64,000 bases of DNA from Neodothiora populina (lineage: Eukaryota): the NCBI RefSeq assembly GCF_041146345.1, contig NW_027191409.1, forward strand, positions 1,178,001 to 1,242,000. The letters are read 5' to 3'. How positions within the stretch are numbered: position 1 is the stretch's first letter; every line of letters starts with the position of its first letter. The notes beneath the pieces are model-generated. The model was given only the letters and a program-made list of their open reading frames with translations. It was not told where the DNA came from and ran no database searches. A program made the translations under genes and the position numbers. Below, piece by piece: positions 10,816 through 23,905 of this stretch.

Positions 10816-12712
10816 CTAGAAAATGGTTCCAAAGTCATCGGCCTCTTGTAGCTGAGGCAGAGGCTTGCGAGGGCTCGAACGGCCGTTGTCGTCGGTGGCG
10901 GGCTTGCGATGTCTACATGTTCATTAGCAAAGGACCCTTTTCAAAAATTCCCTTCGAATACATACCTGAAAGTGAAGCCAACGAAAAGACTGCGACCCAT
11001 CTTCTCGTCCCGCTCAGCCATAGCCTCCAAGGCAGTCTGCTTGTCCTTGACCTCCTTGTACTTGGCCATATCCTTCTCGCTCTCAAAGTCGTCAAAGTAG
11101 CCGGCATCGGTCTCGCTGTCGAGCTCGGGGACAAAAGGAGCACGTTCCTCTCTCAGTCTGTCCCACTTGACTTCGGCAAAGTATGGATGGGCCCTCACCT
11201 GACTGATACCTCTGAGTCTGTTGGTCTTGGGGGCGATGAGTCTGGTGATCAGATCCCAGGTGCGGCGCGAGAGGAAATAGTTGGGGTCTTCGTACTCCGG
11301 CTTCCTCAACACATGTTGCCAGCGCTTCAGGTTCTGCCAGGTCTCGTCTACGGTGGCACCCGCGAATGGCGGGTATCCGGCGAGAGCTTCGAACAGCATG
11401 CATCCCAGCGACCAGTAATCCACAGTGAAGTCATACTCGTCTCCCTTGAGCACCTCGGGGGCCATGTAGTCGGGACTTCCGACAATCGACTTTGCGTAGT
11501 TGACTTCTCTCTCGCGCAAGCTTCTGTATCCTTCTCTCCTCTCTCTCAGCGAACGCTCTTCCATCGGGCGTCCGAAGGGAATGGCGTCACGAGGCATGTT
11601 TCCGACTTCCTCGAGCTTGATGCGCATACTTTCAATCTTGGCCGGAGCGAGGAAACCAGCGGCGAGACCAAAGTCAGTGAGCTTGACGTGGCCAGTGCCA
11701 TCGATAAGGAAGTTCTCAGGCTTGAGATCGCGATGGATGTAACCCAGCTGGTGCAGGGCGTCGATGCAGAGGAACATCTCGGAAATGTAGAAGCGGGCGT
11801 GGCGGTTGTGCAAGACTCCGGTGTTATTGAGGAGGGTGCGGAAATCACCTCCGGGGACGTACTCCATGGCAAGGTATATGCTCTGGTCGTCTTGGAAGGC
11901 ATACAGCAAGCGGACCAGCCACTCGCTCTTGGCATTGGTGAGAATGTCGCGCTCGGTCAAAACGTGTCTGATCTCGTCGAGCTTGAAGAGCAGCTTCTTG
12001 CTCATGACTTTCAGTGCGCACACCTCACGCGTGTCCTTCTTCTGAGCAAGGAAGACTTGACCGTAGCCACCTTGACCGACTTGTGTGAGAATGGAGAAGT
12101 CGCCGGCTCCGAGACGGGTGCGTCTGTTACGGAGATTGGCACGCTCTCTACCAAGGTATTGTGTGAGGTCTGCCTGGTACTCGGCGGTGGGTGTGGCAGG
12201 AGGAGGGGGGTTGTGGGCCTTGAAGGTGGCCATACGTCGCTGACGAGCAGAAACATAGTTGAGAAGGTCGTAATAGTAGTCGAGGAAGTCTGGGAGGTTC
12301 AATTAGTTGCTGATGGTTTGTGTTCTTCTTGCAAGAGAGTCACCTACACAGCTGGGTGACATTGGCCAGGCGCTTCACCGATGGCTTTGCCAACTTCTCA
12401 ATCTCCTCAGCGGTGAGACCGCCAGAGACGACGCTCTTGGACCGCGTGGGAGAGCGCTCATCGGCGCGTGTGCGATAAGGATCTTGTCTCGAGGCAGCGG
12501 CATGGCTGGAGTAGTCGTCCTTTTGAAGAGGAAGTCTGCTTCCCGGCGGCGTGTTCTCTTTGTTTGACCTCCGAGTCGGGCTGCCGGATCCAGTAGACTT
12601 CTGCGAAGGATCGGCGAATGGGTCATCGTATTGTTGTGGTTGAAGGCGAAGATTGGACTTGCTTGGCGACAGAGGAGGGATCTGCTGCGTCGGCTGCTGC
12701 TGTTGTTGCTGC

Positions 12713-12745
<33 letters not shown>

Positions 12746-13053
12746 TGTTTGGGCATCTTGCTGGAGGAGCCCATGGTGGGGAGCAACTTCATGGCATTGG
12801 AGAAGACATCGGGCAGATCAAAGGCGCCGGGCGGCAGCCTGTTCTTGCTCGGGCTGCCTTGAGGGGTATGTGAGGGTGAGATGAATGCATTGTAGGAAGA
12901 TGCAGAGGACGCAACACCGGCATGAGATGCTGTCGATAGAGGAGTCATTGGTCGCTCTCCCAAATCACTTCCTGTACGGGCGTGGAATGTTGGTGGAGGC
13001 ACAGGCAGATCGAGTCCGATGTTTTGCCCTCCCACTTTGATGGGGGAAGCCAT
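10816..13053 (-). CDS. DBF2: NDR/LATS-family cell-cycle kinase Dbf2 (SidB-like), 3 exons
   Basis: Kinase motifs GQGGYGQV, IHRDLKPENFL, DFGL, SIVGSPDYMAPE; Mob-binding region LANVTQLYFLDYYYDLL; hydrophobic motif FVGFTFRH; last exon ends DDFGTIF-TAG at 10816-10818. Confidence 0.95.
12694..12747 (-). repeat. CAG/CAA trinucleotide repeat encoding 18 Gln in the Dbf2 N-terminus
   Basis: (CTG/TTG)18 on the + strand. Confidence 0.95.
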
Positions 13054-13980
13054 TGTACCTTGCTGTACGCCTACTGTACTATGCTGTAATAGTGGGCTGT
13101 GGAAAAAGTCTTGTCTGACGCTAGATAGATTGAATCAATGTATCGGGTGTTGTTGACTTGTCTTAGTGTTTGCAAGGGGAAGGGAGATCCACGCAATATA
13201 CAGTAGCAGTAGCAGTAGTACGTAGTGGGGAAGATACAATACAGTACTGTGAATAAACACAAGCCACCCTTGCACTGCAACAATATTGACCTTTCTACAT
13301 TACACCTTGTCTTCTCCCTTGTCAAACGCCCCTCCCCCTGTGTCCAGGAATCCGCAGCCAAACAAGAAAACACTCCGCGCTTGCCAGCCGTGCCAGGGCA
13401 ACCAGATGCAATCAGCGCAATCAACACTCAATCAACACTCAATCAACACCCAAACAACACCCAAACAACACAATCAACCACTGCGGCACGGCCCGAGCGC
13501 ACAAGCCCCGCTTGCTCACTCTCAGCTGCAACACAAGACAAACCAACTGACCGGTCAAGATATGTCTTCGATTTTCTTATCCAGCGGTCTCTTATATCAC
13601 GCTATCAGTAAAGTCAGCGAGCAATTACCGTGATAGATGACTGAAATTATTGTCAGGTATGTCGGTCGCACACACACTACAATCAAAGCAAGAAGTCTCA
13701 AGTCACCTCATCTCACCTCAATTACAACACCAGACTTGGCACGAAGCATTATTTGGTCGGACTTGAATTTCACATCGAGCACAAAGCCCAAGATGGACTC
13801 GCACTAAGCCTTCATGTTCCTGACCAACTAAGCTACCGTGGTACTGCGACGCTCTCGCCTACAGTCATGCCTGCCACAGGCACCGACAACATGGTCATCA
13901 ACGATTCATGTCCACCATTGGGTTACTAAATCGAGGCCCAGAGGCAATTACATATACCATGTCCACCCATGCACGGCCCT

Positions 13981-14843
13981 TTAATGGGTAGTTGGTTTCG
14001 TAGGCTGACCCCTGAGGTCTTCAACGAGCCCGTCCCAGAGCTGCTTCAAGATACTACTCTGCTCCATCATGGGAGCCATGTTTCTCTTGGTCGCTGTAGC
14101 CACGCGCTCAGCCATGGCAGTAAAGTCAATAGCCATCGCACTATTGTCACTCAGCTCGGAGATAGTGCTGATGCGGCTATCGTCTCCATTTGTAGAGATA
14201 GAGTTGACCGTTGGCTTCAAGACCGCCTTTCACATTCATCAGCATATACTTCTTCACTGACACAAGCATCGCTGTCTTACCTCTTCGTCGGCTTCGAGCG
14301 CATGCGCTCCAGTTCGAGGGGGAAAGAAGTTGGTCGGCAAGAGTGGGACACGGATAGCAGCTTCGGGGTTCTCGGGGTCGAAGATGTTGTCGGGAAGATA
14401 AGCAAAGTCGATGGTCGACGAGTCATTTACTGCCTTCAACGCGCGGCTGGTGTTGAAGTGGCGGACTGGCTTGGCCTCCTCGACCTTGCTCTCAGCCGTG
14501 GGACGCTTGCTAGCATTCACGGCAGTTGTGAAAGCGCGAGAGTGGGCCAGTTCGTCTGCAGACAGACGGCTCATGAGCTAGATACGAATATTAGTCACGT
14601 GATAATTCATGGATGGACATATCAACTCACCTCCTGTTGACCACCGGAGAAGTCGAGCTTTCTCCTCTTGCACTCAGCTCTCAAGCCAGCGATATCTCGG
14701 GGCAGGTTCGAGGCAGGGCGCTCGCCCGTAAGCAGAGGAGACGGGAAAGTAGCGGGTCCGGTCATATGGAGCTGGCGGGATTGACGGCCACCAGCTGCCA
14801 GACGCTTGAGAGCGATGAATTGATAGTTTCTGGGAACAGACAT
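13981..14843 (-). CDS. SAP-domain-like, probably mitochondrial protein, 3 exons
   Basis: Three ORF-track pieces (14843-14622, 14574-14254, 14220-13981) join through GT..AG introns; Arg-rich presequence-like N-terminus; SAP-like LRAECKRRKLDFSGGQQELMSRL; RHFNTSRALKAVNDSSTIDFAYLP. Confidence 0.75.
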
Positions 14844-17069
14844 TGTAAAGACTTGGGGAACGAAGAACGTGTGAATGTCGAAGTTACAGGTGCGTCACTT
14901 GTGCTTAAATAGGGACTCGGGTAGGTAGTCGGATGTTGGTGGAATAGCTATAGCTACGTGGGGTAGGTAAGTGAGGCGGAGACTTGAGTAAAACAAGGCA
15001 GAGGTAAAGAAAGTTCGCGAACAAGAATGCCGGACAAGACCGCCTTATGTACCTGTCCGGATGGGAAACCAATCGGTGAAGGTGGCACAAAGGATTATGG
15101 TACGATGATTGCTCACAGTTATCAAAGCGTTTCTCAGCTTATCATCCGCATACATAAGCAGACATATAACCTCAACTCACCCTTTTACCGGAAGCGAAAG
15201 TAAGACTGACCATCACTTGCATAAAACATCACACAGCATGCATAGCCGTCCCCAACAGCTATCACTATCGGTATAATCTCCGGGGGGTAGCAAGTGCATA
15301 AAGTTTAGCTCGGTACGGGAGAGAAAGAGCTATTGTACACTAAACATAGATGGTCCTCCGGGGAAGCATTAAGCGCCTAGGATATGACTCAATCTCATCT
15401 CCCACTATGGAACCCGAAGGCACTCCGCAAAGCTATCGAAAGTGAAGCTGCTCCGATTAAGCTGCAGCTGCACAAGCAACGTACAGTATCCCCCATGGTG
15501 TGACACCTCGTGAGACCCAGCTCAACCAGCTCCCAGGTACATGGACGGATGGATGCGTGGAGCACACGATCAAGGGTCCATAGATACGGTGTAGCCATCC
15601 TCTAGTGGTCAAGGTCCAGATGCGAGCCCTTGCAGCTGTGGTGCATCAAAGCATGATTATTACCTGACTACCGGGATACAAGCATTACAGTCACTCGTAC
15701 TGTACCTGTGGATACATTGCTCATTCCTTTCCGAGTCCTTATTCTTGCACCTTTACTACACATCGCTCTGTTACCAATGCTTCTTCGTGTCCTTCCATTC
15801 ATTACTAGCATCTTAAAGTGCTATTTTCGTATGATGAAAACCACATAGTCGGAGTTCCCCTCTCCCTTGACATGCGGCGGCTCTCCTCCACAAGTCCGCT
15901 CTTGGAAGCATTCCCGAAGATCTCTCAAGCTGCAATCTGTCCTTGATGCCAGCCAGCTACCACTGGTGGGATGAGACTTCGTTGAGAGATCAACCTTGTC
16001 TCAACGTCTTCCTACCAACATACATAGAAGGAAAGCAAAGATAAGAGCAATTGACGCATTCACCTCAATCAGCCTGGCTTCGAAGCACTCGTCTTGGGTT
16101 ATCGTCTCGGACAATTCGAGTTAGCATAACGGACAAGCAGCTCATTTGCATACAACTTTTGTGCAATTGGTAGAAAGTGAAAGACCCTCAACAGCCACAG
16201 AGTGCGTGAAATGCAATTTTATCTATGTAAGCACCCAACGACGAGTCTAGTCTGTGCTACTATGTGACTGCACAACTCGACCGAAAGGTGCGCACAAAGC
16301 GGAGACAACGCCGTGACTCAGACAAAGGACGCAATATCAAAAACCATTAAAATGGCCTGACTTCGATACCAAGTCCCACCGAACAATCTAGACAAGGGGG
16401 AAAGATCCTCGCTCTCCCCACCCCGAGTGCACAACTCACTTCTTGATCTGAGTGCTATCGTGGGGCCCTTTGCTTCGATTCCATCTTGTAGCTAATCATA
16501 GAGTCTCGTGGGATCGAACTTGCACCTGCCTGTGCACACTCGCAGCATAGCACAGCAATATACTTGGTCTGTAGAGGAGGAGCACGGTTCCCGTACTAGA
16601 CTTTCCCCCAACTTGTCTGAGATCAATTTATTATACGATCAACCAAAGCGAAAGCACAAAACTTTGAATTTACGCGTAATCAAGTGGAGAATCGTCCATG
16701 CGAACGTGGTGGGAATCGTGGCTGTACAAGATGGGTCTGGGTTGAGTCTTGGATGGGTGTGTTTACAGTAGACCGTGCATGAGTAATACTGAACCCACAA
16801 TTGGTTGGTGACATATACCGATGACATGGAGCGGACTTAACACGTTGTTTACCTTTCCCAGGGAGCCGTGCGACCTTACAACAACCTCCCCTCCTCGAGA
16901 TTCAGAGCAGAAGTGTGGAAAAATCATCACAGTATAAACAGTAGGTCATTGAATAATAATACATCTCTCTGGAAGTTTGTACATTAAATCATCTCCGCCA
17001 TATCTTTCCTCCCTTCGTTCTCGAACATTACCACATCTCGCCATTGATCATCTCCTGTTCATTACAGTA

Positions 17070-18395
17070 TTACATCAGAAACGCGCTTCCACCGAGTGGG
17101 TTGATCCACTTGTTCTGGCCCTTTCTCGCATTCTGCATTTCCACATACAGCGCCGGGTTGATGCCCTTTTTCTTGAGCTTGTGTATCTTCTCTACGCTCA
17201 GCACACTCGTGTCGACTTCGCTGCTGATCCACTCGTTGCTTGACCCGCTGCCTCTGTCGCTCATACCATCGCCGTCACGCGGGTTGATGTGTTCAGATAT
17301 TTGATCTAGCGAGACACGCTTGATGATTCGGGGGACACGTGCTGGGATAGGTGGGGCTGTCGTTGTTGATTGGCTTATTGTATTTGTCGATGATCCAGAC
17401 GAAGACTCTGACGAAGACAATGAGGGTGTGGCCGAGGGTTGCCTCTTGGTCAATTTATTCTTGACCCTGCTCTTCAGAAGGCCTTCACGGTCAGTGGCCT
17501 GTCCGTGGCTCAACAACCATGGTGGCTTGCGCCTCGTCTGCTGCTGTCGATCATCAGGGCCTGACGTGTTGCTGCTGTTTTGCGTGCTCTGGCTCTCGTT
17601 GGTCTCAATGGTCATCAATTTTCGTGGACCTGACCAGCGTTGGTTTTTGTCTTTGGCGATCGTGTCATGTCGGCTAGGTATTTGTCCCAGTTGACCGTTG
17701 TATGTGACATCCGACATGGAACTAGCTCGAGTTTCGCTGTTGTAGACTTCCTTTTCAGTCGTCTGATCTTCGGCTAGGCTGTATGCTGCTTCGCTATCCA
17801 CCGTGTCATCATAGCTCTCGTCTGTCACGTCTGACTGCGCGATGGAAGACGCCGATGTTTCACTGTATGCAGTGTAAGGTCTGTAGATCCATGACTGTGG
17901 ACTTGTTATGCTACGTTGTGACGGGCTCGTTCGCGTATCACTATGCTGGTAAGTCGACACAGGTGATGATGTTTTTGCTGCTGCTGCCGCTGCTGCCGTG
18001 GTCGTCTCTGCAGTTTTCATCCGGATAGGCGGGGGTACAGCTTCATCCATACTATCGCGGAAGTCTACCAAGTCGAATGCATCGAGATTGCTGTACAGCC
18101 GAATCGGGGGAGGTGTAGCATCATCATCATCATCATCATCATCAACAACATCATCAACAACATCATCCTGCTCGTGCTCATTGCTCGTTTGGGGAATCAC
18201 CGACACTCTCTCGGACTCATTGCTGTTCCGCGACCGAGACGAGTCGCTACTACTGAGCGGCTGCAGCAAGCGGGAGAAGTTCTTCGCTCGCGCCGTTGAA
18301 GACGAGCCTCCAGACCCGTCCGTGATGGTCGAATGTGTATCTGAAAATTCACCCTCGTGTTCGAAGATGGGCTCCAGAGCCATGACGTTGCTCAC
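17070..18395 (-). CDS. Hypothetical Ser/Thr/Asp-rich protein, 441 aa
   Basis: Long single-exon ORF of low complexity with an ordered C-terminal segment, KIHKLKKKGINPALYVEM. Confidence 0.75.
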   Translation of the reverse strand: MSNVMALEPIFEHEGEFSDTHSTITDGSGGSSSTARAKNFSRLLQPLSSSDSSRSRNSNESERVSVIPQTSNEHEQDDVVDDVVDDDDDDDDATPPPIRLYSNLDAFDLVDFRDSMDEAVPPPIRMKTAETTTAAAAAAAKTSSPVSTYQHSDTRTSPSQRSITSPQSWIYRPYTAYSETSASSIAQSDVTDESYDDTVDSEAAYSLAEDQTTEKEVYNSETRASSMSDVTYNGQLGQIPSRHDTIAKDKNQRWSGPRKLMTIETNESQSTQNSSNTSGPDDRQQQTRRKPPWLLSHGQATDREGLLKSRVKNKLTKRQPSATPSLSSSESSSGSSTNTISQSTTTAPPIPARVPRIIKRVSLDQISEHINPRDGDGMSDRGSGSSNEWISSEVDTSVLSVEKIHKLKKKGINPALYVEMQNARKGQNKWINPLGGSAFLM

Positions 18396-19803
18396 GCGCC
18401 CATGTATATAAGGTACTGTATGCCTCCGCTCTCAGGAACATCACCCACCAGCCAGTCAATTCAAAGAGTCAATGCTTGCTTTGCATGCGTCAAGACTGCA
18501 ACAAGCAGAAAGAGGAAAGTAAAAAGGCTATATTGACCAGATTACAACGCGCAGCAAAAGTATCGTCTCAAGCATGACTTCAGCAAGATGGGGGCTTATC
18601 GTTGTGAGAAAACGAGCAAACAAACTCTCCTCCCGTCCTCTTATTGTTGTAGTAGATGTAGTGGTTCTAATTGCGCTACTCTTGCCCGGGAAATTAGCAG
18701 CTCTAGAATTGCGCCCACCTTTCCCATGACCGACAATCTGGATAGACATGGATGTTTCCAAGTCCCGATCTTTTCAATCCTTGTCCTCTGATGTCATGAA
18801 GTGCCCGCGTCCTGCTCCATACTCCGTAAACCTCGTGTACATACCGTACAAGTGCTATGGCGCCCAGATGTACTCGTGTCGTACACGTCTGTTTATATTG
18901 CGGCCGAAGAATGTCGAATAGAGATCTTTTCGATCGCAGTCAACAGCACCGCGTAGACAGAATGCCTTTGTCAGATTCGAAGCAAATGTGGGCGAGTGAG
19001 CGTAAGGCTGAAACGACTATCTGATTCCATCAGAAGTGCAGCGGGTAATTCGAGACCAGGGCGGGGTAGAACGCCATTAGCGCTATGTAACCATAGAGAG
19101 GAACTTTGAAGACTACGGTACAGCACAGATTGTAGGCGCGGGTGGCAAGGGGGAAAAAGAAAGACAAAGACCACAAAGTGACAGGTACTTACCGTACCTT
19201 CGCAGTCGTGGCACATGCATTACTACAACACGTGCTCACCACATGCTTGACCATGACTCGACGATCGTGTTGTGCGGCACGAGGTGGGTACCTTACACAG
19301 TGGCATTCGATACAGTACATACGGTATCATACATGCAATGAGATATTTGTTCTATAAGTGAAAATGTAAATAGAGGTGGGTATGTCTTGATTGTACAGCC
19401 GTGACTCTCCAAATCCTGCATTGCAATCGTTCAAAGTGTGACGCCTATGCATGCCAACCTTGACCCATATGCTGCTTTGTGAATTGCCAATTTCTTATGC
19501 TTGTGGTTCCTCTCATCCCAAATGCGTTACCTAAACCTGTTCAATTGGCCACCTTCGAAGAAGAAAGTGGCCTTCCAAAAAACTCCGTGATATGTGCCTG
19601 CTTAATTTCGTTTCTGTCGTACAAGTAATCTTCAGAAGCACCCATGCGCAGGGTCTGACAACTCCTCCAACACCATGCGATGCAACCCAATCAATTCAAA
19701 TCGACTCGCTGCATGATCAAATAATGAAATGTGTTACTGCAAAAACACTCGGATCCTCCATCTTGTCAAGGCCCTTAGCCTAACATGAAACCGATTGCTG
19801 TAT

Positions 19804-20928
19804 TTATTCGTGCTCCCTTGCTGATGGACTTCTCCTCCTGTTAGGTTTCCACCCACTCAGACGGCCCAGTTTCTTCCAGGCTCCACTATCACGACCAGAT
19901 CTAGGACTGCTGCTGAGATCGCCGATTGGAGGGGAAACAGGGGGAGTCATTGGACTATCATTGGTAGGAGAACCACTGCTGCCAGAGTCATCGGTGAGAC
20001 TCGGGCCAGATAGAAGTGTTTCAGAGCCGCTGCTTGTGCTGATTGCTGTGTTCAGAGAAGCAGACTGATGAGAACTTGTTGGGCTAAGTTTATTGGTAAA
20101 CCTGTGCTTAGACATAGCAGTCGTGAGTGCCGAAGGGGCGGATTTGCGATTTGGTACACTTGCTGGAAGAGGGTCCGCCGAGTGATCCCAGGCAGTGTGA
20201 GGGGGTGGGCTGCTCCGCGACGAATGGTGGTTGCTACGACGCTGGGAGTGTGACCTTTCATCGCTGTGATGATGTTTGTGTGTGGTATCTTGGTTACCCA
20301 TGTGATGGGTGTATTGAGGGGGTAGTAAAGGACACACGCTGTTGAGGAATGGCACAAGAACAGATTCTTCCATGAGCTCGTAAGTTTTGTTCACGGCAGA
20401 ATCCAGGATTTCTGGTGCTGGCGGAAGTGAAGATGGCGTCAATCTGATGATGGGATCACGAACTTCTGACGGCAGATTCACTTCGCGAGATCCGTTAGGC
20501 TGGATGTATGCTTCGATGAGGCGACTCCACAACTCCTTGACGTAGTCGGAATCTCGTTCGGACGGCTCTCCAGGCACGACGGCTTTGTCCATCATTCTCT
20601 GATAATGCTTCTTGTACCTTCCAGCATCCATGGTAAATTCCAACGTCTCCAAGCAGTGATTGTTGGACAGATAAGCCATGAAGGCAGAAAGGGTCCACGG
20701 TGCTGGCGCTTTGTTGGCGAGTATCTCCTGAAGACCAGGTTTCCGGGGGCAGTAAGGACCTTCAACAGTGTGTACCTCTGGTATTACGACGCTTAATGGT
20801 CTAGATTTCGATTCGTCCATAGACATGGTTCCCTCGTCGTCGGCGTCACAATCACCCACCGACGAACCTGGTGATTTGGATGAGTGAACAGAGTCAATTG
20901 AGATAGACGACGTCTTGCGCGCTATCAT
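19804..20928 (-). CDS. rgsA: Regulator of G-protein signalling (RgsA/Rgs2-type), 374 aa from first ATG
   Basis: RGS domain: LQEILANKAPAPWTLSAFMAYLSNNHCLETLEF, YIQPNGSREVNLP, YELMEESVLVPFL; Ser/Pro-rich tail. Confidence 0.88.
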   Translation of the reverse strand: MIARKTSSISIDSVHSSKSPGSSVGDCDADDEGTMSMDESKSRPLSVVIPEVHTVEGPYCPRKPGLQEILANKAPAPWTLSAFMAYLSNNHCLETLEFTMDAGRYKKHYQRMMDKAVVPGEPSERDSDYVKELWSRLIEAYIQPNGSREVNLPSEVRDPIIRLTPSSLPPAPEILDSAVNKTYELMEESVLVPFLNSVCPLLPPQYTHHMGNQDTTHKHHHSDERSHSQRRSNHHSSRSSPPPHTAWDHSADPLPASVPNRKSAPSALTTAMSKHRFTNKLSPTSSHQSASLNTAISTSSGSETLLSGPSLTDDSGSSGSPTNDSPMTPPVSPPIGDLSSSPRSGRDSGAWKKLGRLSGWKPNRRRSPSAREHE

Positions 20929-23905
20929 AACGTTCTCCCAGAAGCTGGCCTTGCGTCTTCCCTCAACGCTGGGCCTGGATCGTTCTGGGCGGACAGAAAC
21001 AGTCCAAAGTGGCCGCTTCTGAGTCTGAATGGACGCCAGCTTGAATGAAGAAAGGAAGACAAGTTTCTTCCTGACACGATTTCAATTGGTTCTCTACTCA
21101 GTAACGGCACATCTAGGGAGGGGCGGTTCCTTTGGTTTTGAGAAATGTGTAGGCGAAAGTCTGTCAACAGCCAGTATGCATGCAGGCGTATGCAAGGATG
21201 ATGCTGTGTGACAGACGGCGGAAGGAAAATCTTGAATATGCAGTATCGTTTTGCCGAAGATTCTCGATGTCGAGAGGCTTGTCGTAAGCAGCGCAGTGCA
21301 GAGACGATGACCTGACAGATTGCAGTTTTCTTTTATGCTTCCAGTTATCTTCCCTGTCCTGGTTTTCTCCTGGTTTCAACCGGTCTCACTAGGCAGCAAG
21401 CAATGAATATTAGAAGACTGTTGTCTTTCCGATGAGTGAGTGTGAGTCCTGAAGTCCTGTCTCCGATGACCTTGGAGGGTGACGCAGAGGGGTGTTGCGG
21501 GAACGAGCGTCGTTTCTAATTTCCGATCACAAGCGCGCGGCCGGACAAGATTATGAAGGAAGGGGGTGTTTTGTTTAGGGCGGTCTGATGTACTCCTTTC
21601 CACAAAGATTAAGTGACCTCGATGAGTCGAAAATTGTGCGATGTTGAGGTTGGCTGCTGTAATCAACGAGAGTGAGAATCAGCTTGAGATCGAGTCCGAT
21701 CAATGGCGACAGGGATCGAGGAAGGAGCGGCGTGCCTTCCTCAAGATGTGGAGACCACTGGCTGCTTTCTGAGGGAGTTGCGTCGGCGCAGCTATCACAA
21801 GCTAGGACTAGCGCAACGAAGCGACAAACGGTAGTAGCAGAATTTCCATCGTGCTTCCACACCAATCAAAGCGGGTCTCGGCTGGAGCCTCAAAGCACCG
21901 AACACGCACAGACGTCTTAGCTCGCTTTCGCTAGCCTATCAGAGCATTGCAATGGACCCACCACAATCGTCTCATACACAGGTACCGTACCCATCGTACC
22001 GCGCTGATCTCGATCCAGTTTGAGGGCAAAATGGGCCACTCTCTCGTTTATACATGGAAGGGCAGGCCGGAGCATGCGCCATAATCAAGTCAGTCCCGTA
22101 TTCACGCCGTTTCCTCCTTTGTTTCGCTTGTCCGCACGGCCATACGGGTGCGCAAGGGAATGGAAGTGGAACGATCGCCGATGGGTCAGAAGCATGCAAC
22201 AAAGAATGGCCGACGGCGAATCATCTCGAGGCCAGCGCTGTCAGTACTCGCCCCACCTAAACCTTGTGTACCATGACTACTGCCTAGCGGGAAAGGCTGA
22301 CAAGTGCAGGGCTGATCATGATCGTACAGCACCACACTTCCATCACAGTACTCTTCCCACAAGATATGCCACATGAACTGTCTGCATGGTCGATGAGCAT
22401 ATGTTCCACTTTACCCCTGTCCGTCGTACCACACCCATGAACCATCTAGGAATGCTCGAGAAGTGAGGGGTAGCATTATCACGCAAGGACTCGCGTGATC
22501 CTCCCAGGGAGCGTAAGCACTGAAGCAAGATGGCAGTGATGGGCCATGGTCCATGCACGCAAGCGCCGCTCCAGAGTCGATGCGCAGAAGAATTCTCGAA
22601 GAACCCTATTGCTCCCGTAGCGCAAGGTTGCTGCATTTCCTAGCACATAGGTAACTCGTGTTCCCTTGCCGTCCCCTGTTTGCTGGCTGAATGCCAACAG
22701 TTTCGAGATTGCAGCCTCTTTGATGAGCGCGCATGCAGTACGAACTTGGCATAGTCAATGCGTCTGTATCTTTCCGTAATCACATCGAACTCACAGCTTC
22801 AGTCGGAAATGCTGCTATGGCTGTGGGGTTGTCTACCTAGACGATGACTGACTATGACTGACTTCTCAACGTCAATATGGAGTTGTCTCATTGATGAGTT
22901 TAAGCTGCTCGTCTATCCTGTCTTTGCCCTATCTGGTGACGTATCTAATCTGTATCGCACTCCGGCTATGATCCGGACATAGTGCTTTGAAGCACGCACA
23001 GACAGCAGCAGCGTCTCTAGCTTTTGCTTGGTCCACAAGGGGTTTCATCACCAGTGCTTATACCCCCGACGAAAAGTCCGGATCGTCAGAGTTGGAAAGG
23101 CGTGAGCGGGGGATCGCTGGCTTTGGACCTTCCCTCTGTGCTTGCGACTGCTGGCGGCACCACCATTACCAAGAGGTTGGGCTGTGGGAAAGTAATCATT
23201 CCCGAACAGGATGTACGGAGGCGCTGCGATTTGAGGAAGCATGGCCTTCGATGCGTTTTCACAGATGATCCACGATTAGACACACTCGGCGTAATGAGGT
23301 AGCGTAGTAACGTCTTCCTCCTCGCGCGTCCTATGGGTCAAGATCAGGGTGTCGGGCAAGCTCGTACCCACACGTTGATGAGTCAAGTGCTTCGTACTCA
23401 GTCCACATATTCGAGTAATTCTCTTCTAACGGTGGAACACATTCGAAAGAACTCAAATCGGCTTCTGTAGGGGCACAACAAGCCACAGCCGACACTGCGA
23501 AAAGTATACTACTGTACATGTATCGTACGGTACAAGACGGTTTTCGGTACATCAATTTGCGCAGACCAGAATAGTGCCGTGGGAGGTTGCAGGACTTGTA
23601 TTGCACGGTTCCAGCCCTGTACCAGCATTGCGGTAAGATATAATCTCTCATCGCTATGTTTTGCAGTGCTTTCCAGAAACGGCACGAATATGGATTCACG
23701 AAGCGACAAGCCGGCAGTCGTTATACCGCCGAAAACCTTTTATAAGCGCATTACAGTACGTACTGTATAGGGCAAGCACATTTTGGTGCAGCTTGGCTTG
23801 AAGGGTCGCTTCTCGGAGTATGTGGCACAAACTCTGTTCCAGGGTAACATCTCGTTTTTTTGCTCTAGAAGAGAAAAGACGTCGTCTTTCATCGGTGAGT
23901 TACAT

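Noticed and set aside
10557..12359. 600-aa + strand ORF antisense to DBF2
   Set aside because: Shadow ORF produced by the C/G-ending codon bias of the kinase; it has no recognisable motifs and matches the extent of the kinase exon.
12618..12884. Poly-Cys, poly-Leu and poly-Ala ORFs on the + strand
   Set aside because: Antisense readings of the DBF2 CAG repeat.
15100..16900. Possible unannotated gene between the SAP-domain gene and the 441-aa ORF
   Set aside because: Only short ORFs without codon bias or a consistent splice pattern; no support for a call.
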